NCBI GenBank assembly: GCA_965219535.1 | Contig: CBDCNV010000001.1 | Span: forward strand, 1,560,001-1,592,000 | Direction: 5' to 3' | DNA: 32,000 nt | Source of the DNA: Opitutales bacterium | GTDB taxonomy: Bacteria; Verrucomicrobiota; Verrucomicrobiia; Opitutales; PNEW01 | In this document: one piece after another, positions 1-8,779 of the stretch | Layout: each line of letters begins with the position of its first letter | How positions within the stretch are numbered: the stretch's first letter is position 1 | The notes under the pieces: generated by a model | What the model was told of the DNA's origin: nothing | The model's input: only the letters and a program-made list of their open reading frames with translations | Database searches by the model: none | Position numbers and translations under genes: made by a program

Positions 1-2
1 GA

Positions 3-866
3 TCCATTCATGCAGGGGCAGTCAAAGCCGAGAGAGAATTTAATGATGCAGGCGTCCCGGTTGAAATAATTTGGAAAGGACCGTTGCAGGAAGATAATCG
101 GACCGCGCAAATTTATGTCGTTGAGAATTTTATAGGACAACAGGTAAATGGTATCGTCCTGGCACCCCTTGATGATACAGCGATTGTGGCACCGGTAGAT
201 AAAGCCTACCGGGCAGGGATTCCGGTTGTGGTCATAGATTCCGGTCTCAATTACGATAAAAATGTAAGTTTTGTCGCCACGGATAATTTCAACGGGGGAC
301 AGATTGCCGGTGAATACCTGGCAGAACTGCTTAAAGGTAAAGGCAAGGTAATTATGCTTCGCGTGCTCGTCGGTTCCGCCAGCGGAACGGCGCGGGAAGA
401 AGGTTTTCTAGAGGTGATGAAAAAAAACCCTGGGATCGAGTTACTATCGACGAATAAATACGCGGGCGCCACACGCGATACCGCGCAAAGCGCTTCACAG
501 AATTTACTCAACCGATTTGGTGACGTCGTGGATGGTATATATACACCCAATGAATCTTCAACCAATGGGATGCTGCTCGCGCTGCGTTCCATCGGCCGAG
601 CGGGCGGTCAGGTTAAATTTGTGGGCTTCGATGGGGGAGAGCAGAACGTTCAGGGTCTGGAAAAAGGAGATATTCAAGGTCTTGTCATTCAGGATCCTTT
701 TAAGATGGGCTACCTCGGTGTTAAAACCATGATCGAGCACCTGCAAGGTACGATTGTTGAAAAACGGATTGATACGGGAGCGACTCTCGTGACACTGAAT
801 AATATCCAAAATGAAAAAATTCAAAATCAGTTATTTCCACCCTTAGACGAATATTTAGAATATTAA
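3..866 (+). CDS. Periplasmic sugar-binding protein (LacI/RbsB-type, ABC transporter substrate-binding component), 5'-truncated by window edge
   Basis: The frame is open from nt 3; the track start at 84 is an internal TTG. Motifs 'GIVLAPLDDTAIVAPVDKAYRAGIPVVVIDSGL', 'FVATDNFNGGQIAGEYL' and 'VKFVGFDGGEQNVQGLEKGDIQGLVIQDPFKMGY' are typical of type I periplasmic sugar binders. Confidence 0.85.
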   Translation, partial: SIHAGAVKAEREFNDAGVPVEIIWKGPLQEDNRTAQIYVVENFIGQQVNGIVLAPLDDTAIVAPVDKAYRAGIPVVVIDSGLNYDKNVSFVATDNFNGGQIAGEYLAELLKGKGKVIMLRVLVGSASGTAREEGFLEVMKKNPGIELLSTNKYAGATRDTAQSASQNLLNRFGDVVDGIYTPNESSTNGMLLALRSIGRAGGQVKFVGFDGGEQNVQGLEKGDIQGLVIQDPFKMGYLGVKTMIEHLQGTIVEKRIDTGATLVTLNNIQNEKIQNQLFPPLDEYLEY

Positions 867-908
867 TGTTTCAGAAAAAGCAAAACCAGTAACAACAAGA
901 ATAAAAAA

Positions 909-2087
909 ATGAAAGAACGATTTACCGAGTTGGCTGAATTCTATCGGGATAAACTTCTCAACGACACGATTCCTTTTTGGGAAAAAAATTCTATCGACCG
1001 TGAATGCGGGGGCTTTTTTACCTGCCTTGAACGTGACGGGACTGTCTATGATACCGATAAATTTATGTGGCTGCAGCCGCGCCAGGCATGGACATTTGCG
1101 ATGCTTTACAACCGTTATGAAAAACGCGATGAGTGGTTGGAGATAGCCAGGCACGGAATTGATTTTGTCACTAAGTATGGAAGGGATGAAGCCGGCGATT
1201 GGTTTTTCAGACTTACGCGCGAGGGAAAGCCGGTCCTGCACCCCTATAATCCCAATTCTACGGCTCTATTTTCCACCATAGCCTATGCCGAGTATGCGGC
1301 GATAACCCAGGATGAAGAGGATATTGCCCGTGCGCGGGAAACTTATGATTACCTTATTTCTGATCGTCCCAAACCCTATGCCCGTTTTGCTAAAGCTTAC
1401 CCGGGAACGCGCTCCTTGATCGGGTTGGGCGAACCCATGTTTAGAGCCCACGTTTCCTATGAAATTAAGTGGTTGATGGATGCGGATGAACTCAATCAAA
1501 CAATCGATGAATGTCTCAATGCCGTGTTTGATAAATTTCCAGATCCGAATCTTGGAATTTTTCGTGAGAATGTTGCACCTGACGGATCATTCGTGGATTC
1601 ATTAGAAGGTCGTCACATTAATCCAGGTCACGGAATTGAATGTGTTTGGTTTCTCATGGAGGTGGCTGAATTTCGAAACAACACGGAAGCGATTAATAAA
1701 TGTGTCGATGTACTCCTGAGTACACTGGATTTTGCCTGGGATAAAGAATATGGCGGTATCTATAATTTTATGGATGTCGAAGGTCACCCCCATCACGACC
1801 TTGGGTGGAACCAAAAATTATGGTGGCCGCATGACGAAATACTTATCGCGCTATCGATGGCTTATCGTCTTACCGGTAATCAGACTTGTTGGGACTGGTA
1901 TGAAAAAGCACATGAATATTGCTGGAATCATTTCAGTGATCCGGAATATGGCGAATGGTATGGTTATTTGGATCGCCGAAGTGAAGTCTATATGCCGCTT
2001 AAAGGCGGTAAATGGAAAGGCTGTTATCACCATCCGCGAATGTTGTATAAGTGCATGCGCGAATTTGAGAAACTCGGTTCAAGCTAA
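909..2087 (+). CDS. AGE-family epimerase/isomerase (N-acylglucosamine 2-epimerase / cellobiose 2-epimerase / YihS-like)
   Basis: ATG at 909 lies 42 nt after the upstream stop. Motifs 'IPFWEKNSIDRECGGFFTCLERDG', 'WWPHDEILIALSMAY' and 'KGGKWKGCYHHPR' are characteristic of the AGE (alpha/alpha)6-barrel family. Confidence 0.9.
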   Translation: MKERFTELAEFYRDKLLNDTIPFWEKNSIDRECGGFFTCLERDGTVYDTDKFMWLQPRQAWTFAMLYNRYEKRDEWLEIARHGIDFVTKYGRDEAGDWFFRLTREGKPVLHPYNPNSTALFSTIAYAEYAAITQDEEDIARARETYDYLISDRPKPYARFAKAYPGTRSLIGLGEPMFRAHVSYEIKWLMDADELNQTIDECLNAVFDKFPDPNLGIFRENVAPDGSFVDSLEGRHINPGHGIECVWFLMEVAEFRNNTEAINKCVDVLLSTLDFAWDKEYGGIYNFMDVEGHPHHDLGWNQKLWWPHDEILIALSMAYRLTGNQTCWDWYEKAHEYCWNHFSDPEYGEWYGYLDRRSEVYMPLKGGKWKGCYHHPRMLYKCMREFEKLGSS

Positions 2088-2119
2088 GTGCGTTTTTACC
2101 CCTCGGGTATTCGCGCTAA

Positions 2120-2992
2120 TTAAAACTGCTCAATTTTCTTTTTCAATCCGTCAATATTGGATGCGGATGTGATTATATTGGGAAAATGATCAAGCAAATT
2201 TTCATAATTGGGTATCGAACCCCAGGCAGTGACGGTAAATACTTCAATTGCACCTTTTGCTTTAATGCCAAATTTCGTCTTGAATTCTTCTGAGCGTTGA
2301 CGCGAAAGATCCGTCCATTCTGCCAAGTTATAGGGATTTTCGAGTGGTTGTCCAGATACCCAGGGGAGCCATTCGCTGATCTGTGATTGATGACAAAAAC
2401 TCATTTCGCAGATTTGTTCGAAAGCCTCTTCTACGTCGACGACGAGATCAAAGGTGTTCGCACCTCCCATATAGGGATCAAAGACGTTAAGGATGACCGG
2501 CACATTGCATGGTAGAGATGAAGTTTCATCCGCCGGATATTCAGGAGTAAAGGCGTGGGGGACATTAATGAGGTAGGCAACCTTGCGTACTGCTTCGGCG
2601 ACTCCGGTATGGTCATTATGAACACCGGCAAGGGGGTCGGTGGCGACGGGTGGAGAAAAAAGATAATCCGGTTCAAAATCGCGAATTATTTTCCAAAACC
2701 CGGACAATAATTCCGGAGTTAAAATGAAAGAGCCATCTCGGATTACTTCACCATTTGGGCCACGCAATTGTTCATATTCATAACCGCCAATTTTAGCTGA
2801 CGCGCGCTGCTCTTCGATGCGGATCTTACCCGTGTCCTCACGGGTTCTAAAATGATGTCCCGACCGACCGTCCGTGCAAATGACAACTTTTGCGCTGAGC
2901 CCGTCACCCAGTTTGCGCTTCCACATTTCGAATGTACCCGCCGCGGTAAATTCATAGTCATCTTGATGGGCATGTAAAATTTGGATTTTCAT
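2120..2992 (-). CDS. PIG-L/LmbE-family deacetylase
   Basis: The N-terminal 'ILHAHQDDYEFTAAGT' matches the A-H-x-D-D zinc-site motif, and 'VHNDHTGVAEAV' matches the HxDH motif. ATG start confirmed at 2992. Confidence 0.85.
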   Translation of the reverse strand: MKIQILHAHQDDYEFTAAGTFEMWKRKLGDGLSAKVVICTDGRSGHHFRTREDTGKIRIEEQRASAKIGGYEYEQLRGPNGEVIRDGSFILTPELLSGFWKIIRDFEPDYLFSPPVATDPLAGVHNDHTGVAEAVRKVAYLINVPHAFTPEYPADETSSLPCNVPVILNVFDPYMGGANTFDLVVDVEEAFEQICEMSFCHQSQISEWLPWVSGQPLENPYNLAEWTDLSRQRSEEFKTKFGIKAKGAIEVFTVTAWGSIPNYENLLDHFPNIITSASNIDGLKKKIEQF

Positions 2993-3004
2993 TAAATTTG
3001 TGTC

Positions 3005-4021
3005 TTAGTACCCCGCCTCTTTGTCGACTAAACCATTGAGCGAATCACCTGCTTGAAAGGCTTTCAAGTTGTTAAAAAATAAATCGAGGCATTGCAGTTC
3101 CTGTTCGAGGGAATTCCCCCGGCACGGGGTTACGACCACGTTGTATCTTTTCCAGAACGCTGAATCTACCGATGGCATAGCCACTTCAGGAGTTGGGGGA
3201 ACAGGTTGAAAACAGACTCCAGCTATCTTTTCTTCCTCGATAGCCCGCTCAATCGCGTGATAATTGTAAACATTGGGTCTACCGGTGCAGTCAATCAAGT
3301 AAGCGGTATTTTTCATGTGTTTGAGCATGGAATCATCAACCATTCCCTGAGTCTTTTCTGTTAACGGTACCGCGATGACAACAAAATCAGAATTGGTTAA
3401 CAGATGATCAATGTTCTCAAGGAGATACATTTTATCCACCCCCTTATGTTTTTCAATCGTTCTGCGTGCTGTTCCCAAAACTTTCATACCCATTGAACTC
3501 GCTAGCTTAGCTAGAGCGCGACCAATATTACCCATGCCAATAATTCCCACTGTCTTCCCTTTTAAATCATTCGGGATAAGCAAGGCGTCGCGACCATCAT
3601 TTCCTTTTCGGGGGATAGGTTCCGCTCCCATTCCTTGAGCGAGAGGTTCACTCCCGATAATATAATGCATGCGATGAGAAAACATGAGCATGGCGCTTAT
3701 CGCATGTTCTGCGCCGGCAAGACCGTAACAGGGTTTGCTGCAGGTAAAGGGAATAGGGCTCGCGACCATTTTTGGAAATAAGTAGCTTCCAGCGCCACCG
3801 ACGAGTGCATGTATCCACTTCAGTTTAGTTCCCGCGCTTAATATCTCTTCGTCAAATTCCCCGATAAACGCGACATCAGCATCGACAACTTCATTTAAAA
3901 TCTCACTTCGGTTTCCACTTACGATAAATTCGATTCCATTAAATTCTCTTTCCACCGACTGCTTGAATATTTTATCCCTGCACCAGTCCCTCGTAACAAT
4001 TACTTTTTTAACTTCATTCAT
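3005..4021 (-). CDS. D-isomer-specific 2-hydroxyacid dehydrogenase family protein
   Basis: Rossmann motif 'GKTVGIIGMGNIGRALAKLASSMGMKVLG'. I prefer the ATG at 4021 (MNEVKKVIV...) over the track start 4048, which would overlap the upstream gene's 3' end. Confidence 0.85.
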   Translation of the reverse strand: MNEVKKVIVTRDWCRDKIFKQSVEREFNGIEFIVSGNRSEILNEVVDADVAFIGEFDEEILSAGTKLKWIHALVGGAGSYLFPKMVASPIPFTCSKPCYGLAGAEHAISAMLMFSHRMHYIIGSEPLAQGMGAEPIPRKGNDGRDALLIPNDLKGKTVGIIGMGNIGRALAKLASSMGMKVLGTARRTIEKHKGVDKMYLLENIDHLLTNSDFVVIAVPLTEKTQGMVDDSMLKHMKNTAYLIDCTGRPNVYNYHAIERAIEEEKIAGVCFQPVPPTPEVAMPSVDSAFWKRYNVVVTPCRGNSLEQELQCLDLFFNNLKAFQAGDSLNGLVDKEAGY

Positions 4022-4038
4022 ATTAATGACACGTTTTA

Positions 4039-5220
4039 TTAGCTGCAAAGTGCTTCTAATTCGGCAATCCCGTCAGGTATGAAATTACCCAGTCCCAGGC
4101 CGGGTTTATCCGATAATCTCAAGTAACCATCGTCATAGATTAAGGGGTAATCAATAATTTTATTGTGCATGATTTGCAGCATTGGCAATCGCGCACCTTC
4201 ATCGACAAAACTGGAAAAGGCAGGGTACTCAATCATTGTCCCGTTACTTAAAGTAGAAAGAATTTGCAAATGGCCGGCAACCGCGATGGAAGACCAGGGA
4301 CAGTGGGGAATACAGAGAATTCCAGCGTCTTCAGCTCGTCGGGCTACTTCAACAAAAGTGCTTATCCCGATCTGCTGGACATCGGGTTGAATAATGTCAC
4401 AGGCTCTATTGTCGATAAAAGTTAAAAAGTCACGTCGTGTTGTGAGGCTTTCACCTGTCGCAATTTTAATAGCGGTCTCTTCTGTGAGCGTTTTAAACCC
4501 ATTTACGTCGTATGGATTTAATGCTTCTTCTAGAAAGTAGATATCAAACTGTTCCAAAGTCTTAGCTATTTTAATAGCGTCTTTCAGGGTATAATCCTCT
4601 TCCAGGTAACCCATCCATGCGGAGTCGAGCATCAAGTGTATGTCGGGCCCGATCGCCTCGCGAATGGCGGCCAAAGTCTCCAGGTCTTCAGCCCGGTAAA
4701 AATTACCCCATCCAAATTTTATAGCTTTAAAACCTTGTTCTACATACTGCTTACTTTCCCGCACTAATTCATCACTAGGTTTATGTTTATAGGTTCCTTC
4801 ACTGAATTCTTTATCCAAGTAAGCACCAGCGCTGGCGTATACCATGACCATGGATTGTATCGCGTCGCCAAGCAGTTTATAAAGGGGAACCTGTCGCGCT
4901 TTTCCTGCAATGTCCCACAGAGCAATATCAATCGCGCTCATTGCATTGACCGCCAATCCACCTTCTCCACCGCGCCCGAAATTTCGCGCTTGCCAGGTTT
5001 CAAATAATGTTTTCCACAAGCGGTTAATGTCGGTAGGGTCTTCGCCAATAAGATAGGAGCGCATGCTATGTATTCCCTTTTCAATGAGAGGGGCGATGAC
5101 ATAGGGAGGTGCGGCGGTCGCACCGATGCCGGTAATCCCTTCATCGGTCTCTATCTCGACGAGGGTGGGATGAGGCGTACTCATCCTTTTAGCTAAAACG
5201 CTGACCGCGGTAATTTTCAC
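4039..5220 (-). CDS. Enolase-superfamily (mandelate racemase/muconate lactonizing enzyme family) protein, probable sugar-acid dehydratase
   Basis: A GTG start gives 'MKITAVSV...'. The capping-domain motif 'TLVEIETDEGITGIG' is present. Metal-ligand contexts are 'HLMLDSAW', 'YFLEEAL' and 'IATGES', plus 'CDIIQPDV'. Confidence 0.9.
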   Translation of the reverse strand: MKITAVSVLAKRMSTPHPTLVEIETDEGITGIGATAAPPYVIAPLIEKGIHSMRSYLIGEDPTDINRLWKTLFETWQARNFGRGGEGGLAVNAMSAIDIALWDIAGKARQVPLYKLLGDAIQSMVMVYASAGAYLDKEFSEGTYKHKPSDELVRESKQYVEQGFKAIKFGWGNFYRAEDLETLAAIREAIGPDIHLMLDSAWMGYLEEDYTLKDAIKIAKTLEQFDIYFLEEALNPYDVNGFKTLTEETAIKIATGESLTTRRDFLTFIDNRACDIIQPDVQQIGISTFVEVARRAEDAGILCIPHCPWSSIAVAGHLQILSTLSNGTMIEYPAFSSFVDEGARLPMLQIMHNKIIDYPLIYDDGYLRLSDKPGLGLGNFIPDGIAELEALCS

Positions 5221-5233
5221 CCTCAGTGTATGC

Positions 5234-6409
5234 TCATTGCGGAATGTGAGCTTCCAGTAATTGTTGGAAATCTTCTTCTGTGCAAGGCCGCGGATTGGTT
5301 TTATGGCAGTGATCAGCTATGCACATCGGAAGCATTGGCGAGATCTGATCGCGCTTAGCTCCGTATACGGATAGGTCTTCGGGTATCTTTAGCTTTTGAT
5401 TAAGTTCGCGTATGAATGCTATAACAGCTTGTCCGCTCGCTTCATCGCTTTGTGAAAGGGGTTTCACTCCGAGAGCATCGGCCAAGGTGAGGAAGCGGTC
5501 GAGTGAATGATTGAAGTTAAATTCGAGCGCCGCGGGCAATAATATAGCGTTGATTGTTCCATGATGTCCGCCAATGACCGAACCAATGGGGTGGGAGAGT
5601 GAATGGACGACACCAAGGCCTTTACTGAAACCTATCCCACCAATCATCGCCGCGATCATCATCTCTCCACGTGCTTCGAGATCGCTGCCGTCTTCATAAG
5701 CCAGGACTATTGCCTCTCTACCTCGTCGAATGCCTTCTAAGACCATACCATCCACGAGTGGGTTATATTTTGGTGACAGGTACTCTTCAATACAATGGGT
5801 CAAGGCATCCATCCCTGTACCTGCGGTGAGGAATGGAGGGAGATTAACCGTCAACTCGGGATCGCACAGGGAAAATGTGGGAAAAAGATTCTCTCCCGCA
5901 ATGGCGACTTTCGCACCCGAGGGACGAACAATGATCAGTGCTCCACGACCCACTTCACTGCCGGTACCGGCGGTAGTGGGAACAGCAGCCATCGGTGGCA
6001 TTGGATTGACGAGTTTATCCCAACCACCTGCACCAATAGCATATTCAGCAAGCGGCAGGGGATGAGTTGACTTCACTCGAATTCCTTTTGCAGCGTCGAG
6101 GGAACTCCCGCCTCCAAATCCTATAATCCCGTCACATTTTTCTTTTTCATAAATTTCTAACCCTTCGAGAACATTCTCTTCGGTAGGATTTTCATCACTG
6201 CCATCAAAGATTGGTCCATCCATTCCCTCTTTTTTCAATTCCTGATGAACGGTGGAGGCCAGGCCGTTTTTGATTAGCCCGGCATCAGTGACGAAGAGAG
6301 GTCTACTTACATTGAGTTTACTTAACTGGCTTTCAAGTTCATGCATGGCCCCTCTTCCAAATAGTACTTTATTCGGAAAGACGAAGAGATCGGGCATTAT
6401 TTTTGACAT
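5234..6409 (-). CDS. Iron-containing (group III) alcohol dehydrogenase, lactaldehyde reductase-like
   Basis: Motifs 'GFGGGSSLDAAKG', 'MDALTHCIEEY' and 'VVHSLSHPIGSVIGGHHG'. The ATG at 6409 overlaps the upstream gene's stop by 13 nt, suggesting translational coupling. Confidence 0.9.
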   Translation of the reverse strand: MSKIMPDLFVFPNKVLFGRGAMHELESQLSKLNVSRPLFVTDAGLIKNGLASTVHQELKKEGMDGPIFDGSDENPTEENVLEGLEIYEKEKCDGIIGFGGGSSLDAAKGIRVKSTHPLPLAEYAIGAGGWDKLVNPMPPMAAVPTTAGTGSEVGRGALIIVRPSGAKVAIAGENLFPTFSLCDPELTVNLPPFLTAGTGMDALTHCIEEYLSPKYNPLVDGMVLEGIRRGREAIVLAYEDGSDLEARGEMMIAAMIGGIGFSKGLGVVHSLSHPIGSVIGGHHGTINAILLPAALEFNFNHSLDRFLTLADALGVKPLSQSDEASGQAVIAFIRELNQKLKIPEDLSVYGAKRDQISPMLPMCIADHCHKTNPRPCTEEDFQQLLEAHIPQ

Positions 6410-7374
6410 TGGTTTCTGGGATTTTCTGGTTCATTTAAAGCGTTCGGGGGGGATTCACCCCGGAGTACTGCGAGAACATTTTCACAACATATATGATGAG
6501 CTTTCAAGCGTGTTTCTCTTGCCCCGCCACCGAGATGAGGTGTGAGTATTACATTTTCCATTTTTATCAGGTCGGGGTGAACGTGGGGTTCGTCTTCAAA
6601 TACATCAATCGCTGCACCCGCTAAGTGTCCATTTTGTAAAGCTTTTACCAATGCGCTTTCATCGATGACCGGACCTCGCGAGGTATTAATGAGGTAGGAA
6701 CCTTTTTTCATTAGAGCGAGGCGTTCTTTATTAATCAGTTTTATTGTATCTTGTGTAAGGGGTGTATGGAGGGAGACAAAGTCAGACTCGGCGAGAAGGT
6801 CAGGCAGTGAGCGGTAATCAGAATCGTTTGTATTATGTAAACGATTATGGATGACACGCATATTAAATGCGCGTGCCTGTTGGGCGACGACTTTCCCGAT
6901 TCTACCGTAGCCGATGATTCCCAATGTCTTTCCGGAAAGAAGAATGCCATTATGATTTCCGGGAACCGCCATTTTCCAGTCCCCCCTGCGAACGTAACGA
7001 TCAAATTCAGGCAGGCGCCGGGCCAGGCAGAGGAGCAATCCAAAAGTGCATTCTGCGGTTGCGAGGGCAAATGGCTCGGCGGCATTCGTAGCCCATACCC
7101 CGTTTTTTGCCATTAAATCCGTATTGAGATTGTCGAATCCAGCGGCTGGATTCGCGACAATCTTTAGATTGAGCGCTTTGTCCAGGATCTCTTGATCGAC
7201 CTGTAATTCAATTTGATTAATGATGGCATCTAAATGGGGAAGCAAACCTATCACTTCAGCTCTTGGCATCAAACTGGTTTCAGTCCCTCCCATGATTAAC
7301 TCGACTGTATCAATAACCGGCTCCAGATAATCCCGAGGAACATCTTTAGTAACTAATACCTTCGGTTTACTCAT
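6397..7374 (-). CDS. D-2-hydroxyacid dehydrogenase (glyoxylate/hydroxypyruvate reductase-like)
   Basis: Motifs 'GKTLGIIGYGRIGKVVAQQARAFNMRV', 'LINTSRGPVIDESAL' and 'AAIDVFEDEP...ILTPHLGG'. The start is the ATG at 7374; the track start 7377 is a TTG one codon upstream. Confidence 0.9.
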   Translation of the reverse strand: MSKPKVLVTKDVPRDYLEPVIDTVELIMGGTETSLMPRAEVIGLLPHLDAIINQIELQVDQEILDKALNLKIVANPAAGFDNLNTDLMAKNGVWATNAAEPFALATAECTFGLLLCLARRLPEFDRYVRRGDWKMAVPGNHNGILLSGKTLGIIGYGRIGKVVAQQARAFNMRVIHNRLHNTNDSDYRSLPDLLAESDFVSLHTPLTQDTIKLINKERLALMKKGSYLINTSRGPVIDESALVKALQNGHLAGAAIDVFEDEPHVHPDLIKMENVILTPHLGGGARETRLKAHHICCENVLAVLRGESPPNALNEPENPRNQCQK

Positions 7375-7393
7375 CAATTGGCACTATCGAATA

Positions 7394-7421
7394 TCGATTG
7401 CGGATTGTCGATTGTCGAATG
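7394..7421. repeat. Short tandem array of degenerate heptamers (CGATTG-CGGATTG-TCGATTG-TCGAATG)
   Basis: Read directly from the sequence. This is the same heptamer family seen at 16311-16340, 19891-19916, 28155-28190 and 30541-30614. Its reverse complement (CAATCCG) occurs at 19319-19356, 20147-20168, 28333-28360 and 30706-30742. Confidence 0.7.
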
Positions 7422-7512
7422 GCCACTACCGAGCGTAGCGACATCTTCCAAAGGCACAAGATTCACAAAAAGAAATTTTAACAGAAAAGGATGAAGATTA
7501 AATAGTCTATAG

Positions 7513-7587
7513 GGTGGAACGCGCTGTCCCTAGCGCGTTTAGTTTTATTAGTAATTGAAGAAGCGTGCTGAGACTGCTCGCTCCACC
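7513..7587. repeat. Imperfect inverted repeat (two 25-nt arms, 25-nt spacer) in a repeat-rich intergenic region
   Basis: Arm 7513-7537 is 'GGTGGAACGCGCTGTCCCTAGCGCG'. The reverse complement of arm 7563-7587 is 'GGTGGAGCGAGCAGTCTCAGCACGC', about 19/25 identical with one indel. A related 'AGTGGAACGCACTGCG' occurs at 20008-20023. Confidence 0.5.
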
Positions 7588-7783
7588 TAGGGTTGCAATA
7601 TTTATGACTTATTAATTTCTAAAATTAACTGAGACGAAGACGTAGAGGCAGTTCCGTCTTCTTCCCTTCAGTAACCGCATAGGAACTGAGATCACGGAGA
7701 ATTAGTTTATGAACAATACCAAAACCAAAATTCTAAACATAAACTCTGCGTTCGCCGCGTCTCTGAGGTGAATCTTCCGCGGA

Positions 7784-8626
7784 TTAAACGCGATTCCAAC
7801 GACTGGGATTGATTCCGCCTGCTTCACTCGGCATGTCAGGGTGGATGTTGCCCGCATCGGGTTTCCAGATTCGCGTATTCAAGTCTCCCATGTATGCCTG
7901 TACTTCCAGAGGGAGCGTTGCGACTTTTTCCCGGTCTCTAGACTTAATCTCATTTATCGGACCAGCCCACGAGGGACGGTAACTAATTATTAGCACTTCT
8001 CGCGGTCTATCCCCGACGTTAGGAAAATTACCGTGAAAACAATACATATTAAAAATAATCGCAGAACCAGCCTTACAAGTAATCATGACTTGCTCAGGAT
8101 GATCCTTGTAACGAAGGTAGGGATTCGCCTGATTATGAAAGCTGAGGTGTGTGCGAGGGATAATACGGAAAGGAGAAATCTCCGGGGTAAGATCGTCCAG
8201 ATAGTAGAGAACACGAACCATTTTGGGACAGCTGAGCGCGTCACTGAATTCATTCGACCCATAATTCATTGCATCACAATGAAAATTAATTCCCGGGTGT
8301 CCCGGCTCGGACCGTGAATAGGTGTATTGCATCATGATGATCTCATCGCCGCAAAGCGCCTTCAAGAAGTCAGTGGTTGGCGGATGAACAATGAGATCGG
8401 TAAATACACCACCCTTATATTCCAAGCCTTTTTTATCTAAAACGCGCTGTTTCTCACTGTAATCGACTTGCCTCGTCTGAAGCTTAGCAGTTTCAGTTTT
8501 CAGTTTTTTGACAAGATCAGGACTGAGGATATCCGGCATAACAACATAACCTTCGACTTCGAGGTGCTCGATCCTTTCCCCTAAAGTTAAATTCTCCCAA
8601 TCGGTATCGGGAATAGTATAGTTCAT
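7784..8626 (-). CDS. Phytanoyl-CoA dioxygenase (PhyH)-family Fe(II)/2-oxoglutarate oxygenase
   Basis: HxD motif in 'GINFHCDAMNYG' and a distal His in 'MYCFHGNFPNVGDRPREV'. I prefer the ATG at 8626 (MNYTIPDTDW...). The track start 8716 is a TTG that adds 30 non-conserved-looking residues. Confidence 0.8.
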   Translation of the reverse strand: MNYTIPDTDWENLTLGERIEHLEVEGYVVMPDILSPDLVKKLKTETAKLQTRQVDYSEKQRVLDKKGLEYKGGVFTDLIVHPPTTDFLKALCGDEIIMMQYTYSRSEPGHPGINFHCDAMNYGSNEFSDALSCPKMVRVLYYLDDLTPEISPFRIIPRTHLSFHNQANPYLRYKDHPEQVMITCKAGSAIIFNMYCFHGNFPNVGDRPREVLIISYRPSWAGPINEIKSRDREKVATLPLEVQAYMGDLNTRIWKPDAGNIHPDMPSEAGGINPSRWNRV

Positions 8627-8779
8627 AAAAAGGGTTAATACAAAATTGTCGATTGTGATGTCAAGCTGCGGCGCCTGGGTCTTAATACGATTACGACACC
8701 TGTAAGACGATAGCAAATCTCGACCAACCTGATCTTTAATTATACTTACTGGAGAACTTTAAACGCGGAAACTAAACAC

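Noticed and set aside
7518-7551. Hairpin AACGCGCT-GTCCCT-AGCGCGTT followed by the T-rich TTAGTTTTATT, resembling a plus-strand intrinsic terminator.
   Set aside because: No plus-strand gene lies upstream for it to terminate. It is nested in one arm of a dispersed repeat. I did not call it as a terminator.
8627-8716. N-terminal extensions implied by the longest-ORF track starts: 8716 for PhyH, 4048 for the dehydrogenase, and 7377, 12994 and 27671 for others.
   Set aside because: These begin at TTG or GTG codons immediately upstream of good ATG codons. They add non-conserved-looking residues or create overlaps. I preferred the ATG starts, with some residual uncertainty.
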